A DNA stretch of 54,189 nt, the filler included, from Catajapyx aquilonaris (Eukaryota), in assembly GCA_000934665.2 (NCBI GenBank). It is 3 parts of 3 records of this genome, joined end to end, with 100 filler letters (N's around TTAATTAATTAA, not from the genome) between each part and the next. Parts side by side here need not be neighbours in the genome. Positions count along the whole stretch, not along the records: positions 18,154 to 36,124 come from JYFJ02006813.1; 2 more parts are not named here. The stretch is one strand, 5' to 3'. Of the stretch, positions 26,676 to 36,224 are shown piece after piece. The notes beneath the pieces are model-generated. The model was not told the origin of the DNA, made no database searches, and was given only the letters and a program-made list of their open reading frames with translations. Both the position numbers and the translations under genes were made by a program. Numbering within the stretch: the first letter of the stretch is position 1; the number at the start of each line of letters is the position of its first letter.

Positions 26676-28449
26676 ATGATGAGGTTCCTTCCATTGTCTC
26701 TCCTGCTCCTCCTGGTCATCTTCATCACCCAGGCACCTGTCAGTGTCACTGCCTCTGGTCCTGCTGTGCACATTGTCTAATATCAATTTCGTTTGTTTCA
26801 GGCGGCTCCACTGGCAGATCTGCACGAGATCAGCAATGCGCAAAAGATCGAGTGCCAAGGTATGGTATTCTGACACTCTTATCCCTACAACAGTACGCTT
26901 AAAATGAGAGAGAGAAAGAAAAAAAACACTTGAGAATGCTGCAAGTACCAAGTAGCTAATCTAACAGCAATTATTTTGCTCTTCCTGACAGTAAGAAACA
27001 ATGAATTGTTGCTCAATCAAATAATGTACGTTGTATAAAACACATTCTAAAATTAATCTTCTTACTATTGCAGGTGAAGGGTGCAGCAATGCGGTGAGTA
27101 CAGTTCAATTACTGGGCATTTAGCATTGTTTCAAATACATCACGTTCGGGCTAGGATGCAAAATCACGAGCGAGTAATGCATTTTCGTATAAGCTTATAA
27201 AAATGTTTAAAATCATGAATGCTAAAGCCTTTTATTCCGAAGGGTAGAAATGACATGGTTTTTGTACACTTAATTGGAGACAAAGCATTAGGGAAGGAAA
27301 AAGCAAGATTGCGCAAAGTTGTTGGCCCAAAAAGATTGTGCCTAATACTGCTATGTCGTGTCCAGCCAGTCATGTTGTTCACAAAAGTGGGACCATTATT
27401 TTATGGGTACAAAATTAAACGCTGTTTTTTACACATCTGGATAGATCCATGTGCAGTAGTTAAATTTTGTGCATCTCATTTCAGGTCAAAGCCTTGGTAA
27501 AGAGAAGTGCCGGTGGAAGCAGATTCGATGCAGGTAACGTTTGTTCAGCCTGTTTATATTGCATACATCCCAGTAATGATGTTTGCAATTTTCGACTGTT
27601 CTTTATGCTATTTTCACAAATGCAATGTAATAGTAAAGAGATATGCCTACATAAAATACCGTGAGTTACGCACCGTTAACTGTCATGGACCTGTACAGTC
27701 ACTTTTGACTGCTGAAGATGTAGTCCATTTTCCAACAAATTTGAGTTAGGAATCATTGATCAGTGTTTTCCAGACAGCATTACCCAAGCAGATTTTTGTT
27801 TTGTTTTGTTATTTCAGGGATAGATACACCGAATCTGCCAGCTCCCCAACTCCCGAATATGCCAGCAGCTCCCCAACTCCCGAATATGCCAGAAGCTCCC
27901 CAACTCCCGGCGATGTCACTTCCCGCAGACCTTCCGACACCTCCGACCATTCCGGGAATGCCAAATGTTCAAACGGACGTACCCCCGAGCACGACACCGA
28001 CGACGGTAAAGTACCCCACCACCGGAACAACCTCGGATAAATCTACTCCCTGCAATGATAGCTCAGGCAGTAGTGAGGAAGAGGAAGGCAGTAATGAGAA
28101 GCCTAGTAGCAAACCATCAAAGAAGCCTAATAAGCAGCAAAAGAAACCATCAAAGAAGCCTAAAAACCAGCAAAAGAAACCATCAAAGAAGCCTAAAAAC
28201 CAGCAAAAGAAACCATCAAAGAAGCCTAAAAACCAGCAAAAGCGGAAACCAAATAAGAAACCGGATAATAATAATAAGACTCAAAAAAATAAGAAACCAA
28301 CAAATGATAAAAAGGATGTGAAAAATGGCCAGAGACAGCCCAAAAAGAAGAACAAAAATAAGCCAGGGAAAAAAGGGAAAAATGTAAAAAATAATAATGG
28401 CAAGAAGGGTAAGACAGATGAGTCTTCTGACTATTGTGGCGATGATTAA
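26676..28449 (+). CDS. Secreted cationic prepro-protein family, copy D (5 exons)
   Basis: Exons 26676-26738, 26802-26859, 27074-27093, 27485-27533, 27818-28449. Product includes ...ECQGEGCSNAVKALVKR|SAGGSRFDAGIDTPNLP, PQLPNMP repeats, KKPSKKPKNQQ repeats, and ends DESSDYCGDD. Confidence 0.88.
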
Positions 28450-29788
28450 TACTGATGTCATTCGGTTGCTACCGCGCTGTCCTGCACACATCTGAGAGCA
28501 ATGATTCGTAATCGTAATTAGCGAGAGATCAGAGAATAGCACGAGTTGCATAATTTGAAAACATTCGGACTGGTCACGGGCCACTTTGCTGTGCGAACCA
28601 CTTGGATGCACATGTATACATAATTGTTGTCTCCAACTAAATAATAAGAAAATTTGTCATGTGTAATTCTTCATCTCCCTATACGCCTCACATTTTTCTG
28701 ACATTATCACAATTACGTTATAAATGTTATAATTGAGCAAATGACCATTTAACGCATGTATACTGGCATAATCCGTAATAAATCCGAAATAAACTGCTAC
28801 ACATATGGACACATTCTTGTTTTTCTGCAACTTGAACCAATCGCCTAATCAGGTTCCTTCCTTCTGCACCACAATTACTTCCATGTGCATTCAGAGCAAG
28901 CTGGTGGTTTATGCAGGCAGTCACATTAAGCCTAAATATCTATTGTGGATCTTACCATTACTACGGAATTATTACATGCATGGATGGTTGTGTTTAGTTG
29001 CATGTTAAATATTGTTTATTACGTATAATATTACTGTAGTTTAATGGGCTGTATGATTGCCTTTGATGATCCTGCCTTTGAAACTCACATTCAGATTGTT
29101 GCTACTGTGTAGTTGCGCTTGTGTTTATGCTGAATGCTATTAATTCCCGTACCAAAGCAATATGCCCCTCAACTGACACGAGCATTTCTCAAATTAAGGT
29201 GCTTCGAGGATGCCAGAAATTTTGTTCCGCAGAATATGATCGCAGATTCGAGACGTCAAAACATGTAATGGTTGTGATGTAATACTCTACTGACATTCAG
29301 CTCAGTCAAATGAAATATTTCTCACAATGCACGACGCCAATCTAGTGAAGAACCCGGACATTCCATCAGCCAGCACAATTGGCAGGCGATGTCCTGGAAG
29401 TTCATTCGTCGCTTTTTTTATATATATACACCCTTTGAAACAAAGGAGGCGTAGGAATATGCGTCTCTATGAACATGCAACGTATACTGACACTCTCACG
29501 TGAAGGAATTATAAGCAAGGGTCGGAAATACCAGTCTTGATATGACCAACAATCTCCAGCAGGGTGCGACACTGGAGAGTGCGACCTGGAAGTGTGTCCG
29601 GGTACAAAACGGTGACAAAATATATTTGGATTCGTGTAATTAGACGACACGAGTGCGTCAGAGGAAACAAGAGTGGTCACGAAAGCGGACGTGTCATGTC
29701 GAGAGTGCAGGATTGCCATGTGGAATCAGAACAGGTGGTGTCTCGCACATCTCATCCGAACATGTACAAGATCGGACTGGAGTGAAGG

Positions 29789-32700
29789 ATGAACATGTTT
29801 CTAGCATTGCCTCTCCTTGCCCTCCTGGTGATCTGCACCCAAGCACCTGCAAGTGTCACTACAAGCCTGAATATTTGCCTGAATTTTAGTAATCGAATAA
29901 CATTTTTCAGGCCGCTCCACTGGGAAATCCAGACGAGCCATACGACTTGCAGTATCAAAAGCTCGAGTGCCAAGGTAAAACACTCCATACTTCCCTGAAT
30001 AATAATGTTTATAAGAGAGGTTCTAACAATGTGTCCGTCATGGTTTCAGTACGCTTTTAGTAGTATGTACTTAATGTAGCAGCTTGAATATACGTAATTA
30101 CTTATTGGTAGTTCTCCTTTAGCTGTTCATTAATTTAATGTATATAGGCAGCCATTTTAATAAGTTACGAATTGCCTGGTTTTACGCGATGTCTACCTTT
30201 TAGCGGCTATCAATCGCTACTATTAGAATTAGTTCTTACTGCAACAGAAGAACAACAACACAGTGCAGAATGATAGCAATTTTAATGTTGAATAGCTGTT
30301 CTTTTTTGCGAGATATTTACGACTTTATTTTGACAATTTCAGTGCGAGAACTTCTAAGATCTTCCGAACGGAGATGTGGTAGTGACACATATGAGAAAAA
30401 GAGTAGTCTTCTGCGCATGTCAGTTGGAATAATAGCTGTTCACAAGCGCTACCAAGCGACCAAGAGCGAGTCGTGCTCGGAGGCAAAGTGACTACTCTCT
30501 CATGTCGTTAATCATTGTTTTGTTGTAACACTTTTCTACATTATATCCACAAATGAAATAAATACATTTATTCCGTATATGCCCATGGTGGTATTATTAA
30601 AAAGTCATTTTTATTCCGTGAAAGTACAAAATAAAAGGTCAACTTTTGCTCTGGTTGAGTGTCACTCAGCCTCCAGCATTTTCATGTTTTTTTTCCCACT
30701 TGCAGATGTGAAATCACGCTCATACGCTCGTATGTAATTAACATGTCATTAATATTAAGAATGTATCTCACGATTGGCCTAATCATTATTTAGTTGTGCA
30801 ATTCAATCATGTATACACTAGAGAGACTCTACACACAGCAATATTTATACAAATATTTTATTCAACTGTTTCAGATGGAGCCTGCGAAAATGGGGTGAGT
30901 AAGTGTCCCAATTAGTACTCGACTTATGTCTAAATGATATGTTGGAGGCTATAATATGCCTGTTTTATATCTGCATCGCATATTTGGGCCTGCAAACAAG
31001 TTCCACAACAATGTAGGGCATTGCAAAAGAAAAGGTGCATAATGGGACTGGAGCTAAAAGAGTGATCAATAACAATATACGAAAAATATAGGGCATTATT
31101 TTATGCTTAAAATGCAACATAATTTATAACACATTTTTTATGGCAGTCCCAACGGATATGGCTACAATGCGATAGCCTGTTAATCCGTATTTTCAAGCTG
31201 TCTTGGAAGATTCTCATCAATCCTTTGGTCCTATTCCAGGCTAAGGCATTGGTAAAGCGCAGTGCGGCCGGGATACCAAAAAGTGCAGGTAATGCTTTTA
31301 TCGGCCTTTGATTTGGTAGGTGATTAGGTTATTTATTTATTTTTATTTTTTTATTTATTTATTATACCCCGGTGGGTTTTACAAACCTTTGGGGGGAGAC
31401 GACCGGTTATTACTAACAATGTTACTTGGTTGGTTTTTAACATAATGCAAATTTACATCTTTACAACTAAAGGGATAATCATCTTAACATTTTGATAGTT
31501 TGGGAAGTATGTATAAGATTAACAAAAATTAATATAATTATTTTTTTTTTGTTTTTTTTACATCACTAAAGATGTTATGCTGAAACCACTCGCTTGCTCA
31601 CATGACGCAGAAAATTTTGGAGGTTGTAAAAGTTGTGTCCATCGATATTGTTTGCCATTGCGACCGTGTTTAAGTTTGGTGCTGGCGGAAAAAAATGTAA
31701 AAAAAAAAAAAAAATGCACGCGGAGTTGAAAAGATGAGACAGTCATACAGTATGTGATAAAGATCAAATGGTGCGTCGTCGGTGCAATATGTGCAGTTTG
31801 TTTCAGGCGTTAGTGGAATGAAAGATCGACCAGAATTTAAATAAATAGACCTGTTTTTGATATTTATTATTAATCGCTTGATTTGCAACGGCAAATTTGC
31901 TACTAAATATGACGTATTGTTTACCCCATTTGAATAAATCTCTTTATACTCCTTGTACCGAGTGGTGCAATGCAATTTCTCCAAGTCAACTGTGTGAAGA
32001 CTGTTTGCTAGTTTTGTAAGGCACAACCGTTGGTCTACTTCCTCCAACTCTTCTATCGTTGTACTCGCTTTTCCTAGGAGGTTTTGTACGTGATTTATCC
32101 ATATTGGTCTTTTGGGTTTTGTTGAATGTAGCGCCACGATTCGTAGGTAGGAATGATGCAAGAGTGGCTGCGTTTGCGTACACCTCAATTTCCTAATGTA
32201 TCCCAAAAGGATTTTTGTCAGTCTAACCTGGAGAGACTCTGTTTCCAATTCCAGTCTGAGGAAATAACCCGCAGTAGTTTTTGGGAGAGCAAATAGTTTC
32301 TTAATGAATAAATTGTATACTACTTCTAACTCATCGTAATAACCGGGTGCCCAGACTGGGGAGGCATATGCCATAACAGGGAAGATTTTCGCATGGAATA
32401 TTTTTAACGCTATGGCTTGGTCGCGTAGCTTTAACCCCACTAACACCGGCCATATAGCGTGGACCGTTGTCTTCGCTTTATCCGCAAAGTACCTGGCTGT
32501 TCTGCGGAAATTGCCATTGTTATAAAAGGGGACCCCCAAATATGTATAGTTCGTGACCTGCTCAATTACGGTTCCATCCATCTGGAAAACACGAGCGTTT
32601 TTTCTACCCGACCTTGTGAAGACCATAATCTTCGTCTTATTTTTGTTCATTTGTAAACAACGCATATTGAAATAATCGGCTAGGCATTGCATTAGGTTAT

Positions 32701-33510
32701 TTATTAATTATTAATTAAATTTTTCTGCGAGAGAAAAGCTTTCTATAGGGGGAACTTACTAGCCAGAGAGAAGCTGTAATGTTGATACCGAAAGAATTGC
32801 CTATTCTCTTCGTGACATAGGCTATAGAATCAATCACTTGACGCATTAAATTGGAATGACAGCTCTAACCCTGACAATAACTGTTAATAATAATTATAGC
32901 ATTGATAATTTCAGGAGGAAGAGCGACAGCAAGACGAGCGACAGCAGCAAGACGAGCGACAGCAGCAAGACGAGCGACAGCAGCAAGACGAGCGACAGCA
33001 AGACCAGCGACAGCAAGACCAGCGACAGCAAGACGAGCGACAGCAAGACGAACGACAGCAACAGTTACTCGGAGCAGATCGATAGGATATAATACTGGAA
33101 CCATGACAACTCGATCATATCCCGCACCGACCACATTGTTTAGAACGAGAATGACCACACGGTATACTAAAACCACCGGAAGATATCCTACAACAGGAGT
33201 GTATACTGGAACAACCTTAATGTATACTGTAACAAATGGGTGGTATAGAGGAACCACCGGATATCTTACTCCAACAACTGTATATTGCACTGAGACTGTA
33301 CAGTACACTGGAACAACTGGAATGTATACTGGAACGACTGTAAATTGTACTGTAAGAACCAGGGGGTATACGGGAACTACTGGGCCGTACACTGGAACTA
33401 CTGGGCCATACACTGGAACTACTGGGCCATACACTGGAACTACTGGAAGGTATACTGGAACTACCGGACCACACACCGGGAGAACCCAGAGGAATACCAG
33501 AAAACACTGA
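29789..33510 (+). CDS. Divergent family member, copy E: Arg-Ala-Thr and YTGTTG repeat protein
   Basis: Exons 29789-29848 (GC donor), 29911-29974, optional 30706-30729, 30875-30894, 31240-31288, 32915-33510. Product: MNMFLALPLLALLVICTQAP-AAPLGNPDEPYDLQYQKLECQDGACENGAKALVKR|SAAGIPKSAGGRATARRATAARR...YTGTTGP repeats. Confidence 0.8.
31338..32690 (-). mobile_element. 5'-truncated non-LTR retrotransposon (LINE): reverse transcriptase C-terminal part plus CCHC finger
   Basis: ORF 31670-32692 has the NKTKIMVF...YTYLG RT motif and CTYC...HILYDC. There is a (TAAA)n 3' tail near 31338-31362, and a 15 bp TSD ATTAGGTTATTTATT at 31323-31337 and 32691-32705. Confidence 0.92.
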
Positions 33511-34336
33511 ACGACCCCTGCCGCTTCGTAGAACGGCAGGACAAGAGAAGGTGGACATGAGAGAGAAAAATAAAATTGAATAAGCATGATAGTTAGAATT
33601 TGAACTAAATGGGAATAAAAACATGACCATAAAAAAATGGCAAAAATGTTTACAGGGAGGAATGATGCTAGATTACTTGCTAACGTCATTGATGATGTAA
33701 AATGTAATATGTAAATGTATTGCAGACAAAAATGAGGGACAATAATCACTAGTAATTAACAAGTTCCAGTCCTTAAAGAGCAAAGGAAATCAAAATAGAC
33801 ATTTTCTAATATTTCAACAAACGTTGCCTTTATAGTCACTTGCACATTTCTGCTGTCTTAGGGCTGCAAAATGAACGCCCGCCTGGAAAGTTGCAGCCGC
33901 AAAAGTGTTTACGTTACCTTGGTTACCTGCGGTTTGCGGGAGGGAGCGAAAACGAACACCCTTGCAGGCTGCAAGTCGGCCTGCAGATTGCAGACTTGCA
34001 GCCACAAGTTGCAGGCAGGTTGAGGGGTCCCGCAAGTGACTTGCAGTCGGGTTTTTAGTGGGGAAATCTTCACTTGGACACTATACTGATCACTTTTGGT
34101 CCGGGTACATTTTCGGCGGGAGAGTTCTGAGCGACCACGGAAGTGTCTTCGAACGCCCCACGCAGTTTGTTCGTCGTGGGGTACCTCTATTACGACGGTA
34201 TACCATTTGGTGATAAGAAAAGTGACCCACGAACTTGCAACACCCTGTACAACTAATGTAATGTAATAGTATGGCTGATATAACCAATATAGCTAGTATG
34301 ATTGCTTTATTGGTTATAGCCAGTATGATGGATACA

Positions 34337-34552
34337 CAGGGTGTTCGAAATTCGTGGGTCGTTTTTATAACTGATATCGCCAGATACTAGTTATTATTTG
34401 TAGCTTGTTGTGCCCCTAACCAGGTGCCCCATTCTATAGCAACTGCTATACTCGACCCCCTGGGAGTAAAATGTAGCACAACAAGCCACAAAAATAACTA
34501 CTATCGGACGATATCAGTTATAAAAACTGACCCACGAATTTCGACCACCCCG
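34337..34552. mobile_element. Tc1/mariner-type MITE, about 216 bp
   Basis: CAGGGTGTTCGAAATTCGTGGGTCGTTTTTATAACTGATATCG pairs with CGATATCAGTTATAAAAACTGACCCACGAATTTCGACCACCCCG. A related lone end (GACCCACGAACTTGCAACACCCTGTA) lies near 34224-34249. Confidence 0.8.
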
Positions 34553-34830
34553 CATAATCAAGAAACTAGTATGCCAATATAACTGAGTTATATTGGTTAT
34601 ATGGTTATTATTATGGTAGTTATATGTTACGCACATTGGTTATAACTTGTATGATGTAACGAATGTAACCAGTATGTCTGGTATAACCATTACAACAACA
34701 GTATAGTATGACCAACTATGACAGTTATATTAGTTATAACTAATATAACTGATGTAACTATGGTAGTATGACAGTAATATTAGTTATAACTAGTATGTGT
34801 GATGTAACCAATATAACTACTATGGAATAA

Positions 34831-35189
34831 TAATAATAATAATAATAATATAATAATTGGGTAGTGCGGACCTCATTCGAGGTATTGCACGGACCTTTAT
34901 TTATTTTGCAATTTTTACATACAGTTTTTTTTCGTCGCAACGCCCTGGTCCACGGGCGTATGGGGAAGGGTAGCTTCCCAAGGGAGGGCGCTCTCATGTA
35001 GTTTCTAGTCATTGCAGACCCTCTTAAACACCAGACCTTTTCTCCTGGCCCCGAGCAGAGAAGGCTCCGGCATGTCGGGTGAAAAGCGGAAAAAGACCCG
35101 GCCAAGCAGAGGTGACGGGGACGGGATTTGAACCCCGGCCTCCCGCTTGGCTGGCCAGCGGCGTAGCCACTAGACCACCATGCCTCCCT
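34831..35189 (-). mobile_element. tRNA-derived SINE, about 360 bp
   Basis: The minus-strand head has A box TGGTCTAGTGG and B box GGTTCAAATCC. There is an (ATT)n tail and a 13 bp TSD TACTATGGAATAA at 34818-34830 and 35190-35202. Confidence 0.88.
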
Positions 35190-36124
35190 TACTATGGAAT
35201 AACTGATATCACAATGCAGTTTCGCACCAAATGTCAGGCAAAAAAATCTGGAGCTTGTTCCTATCTGCTATTATAGCTACCTCTAAATATACCGTCTGCC
35301 AAAATAGCCGCGTTAAAACTCGCGGCCCGGGTCTGAATAATCCCATATTGTTATAACTATAGGTGAGACCAAATTTTATCAAAATATTGTGCTTTATCTT
35401 TGACGGGACGACTGGCAATGGATGACGATCAAAAATTGTGATGACCATGTACATTATTGGGCTGTCATTGGATGGCGGGCGGCTCTGGACCATAATATAT
35501 TCTGTGATAATTATATGAAAGTTATATGAATGTATGATGGTGGTGGTGGTGGTGGTAGTGGTAGTGGTGTTACACTGAACACCTATCCGGCTATCTCTAT
35601 AATGCTTACATCAAGTCAAGGTGGGGTGGAGGGCCCATATTCAAAGCTGAAAGATCTATATATGAAGAATGCTGCACAGAGATTATTAATTTCTGTGCTG
35701 CAGGTTCAGATAGCCACATTTAGAGCTTCTCTCTCACTCCAGCATGTTCCCCGAGACGATGGACCTGCACCGAACTGTAGTTAGTTATGGTTTAAAGTCT
35801 ACCGCAAAAAATAATGATAATTATCCGAGCACAATAAACCGCAATTGTAGGCATAAAACTACCTGCGTCCATGCAGCCCGCCGTATTTAAGCGGCAGGCA
35901 GGAGAGGTGAACATCTGTCGACAGTTTATTCTAGGTACTATAACAATGGGTACAACAATCGTGACGTCATGATATGGCTTCCCTCCGGGTCGATTTTCCG
36001 TATTTCCAAACCTGCCTACTTGCAGGCCGACCGCAACATTTGCAACCTCACGAAAACGGTGTTCTTTTTAGCTCGCGCCGTAACCATGGCGACGGAACGC
36101 AGGTAACTTGTTTACTGCAAGTAC

Positions 36125-36224
36125 NNNNNNNNNNNNNNNNNNNNNNNNNNNNNNNNNNNNNNNNNNNNTTAATTAATTAANNNNNNNNNNNNNNNNNNNN
36201 NNNNNNNNNNNNNNNNNNNNNNNN
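36125..36224. other. Scaffolding gap with artificial TTAATTAATTAA linker
   Basis: 44 N + linker (36169-36180) + 44 N. Confidence 0.95.

Noticed and set aside
26079..26951. 290 aa minus-strand ORF
   Set aside because: Antisense to the promoter and exons 1-2 of copy D, crosses an N, and is not preserved in paralogs.
30343..30491. Possible extra exon in copy E (VRELLRSSERRCGS...)
   Set aside because: No good donor, ends in a stop, and has no counterpart in paralogs.
32856..33092. Silaffin/phosphophoryn-like KTSDS repeat ORF
   Set aside because: The phase-1 splice from exon 4 selects the RATA frame, which stays open to 33510.
35110..35189. tRNA gene
   Set aside because: A and B boxes are present, but the body, tail and TSD identify it as a SINE head.
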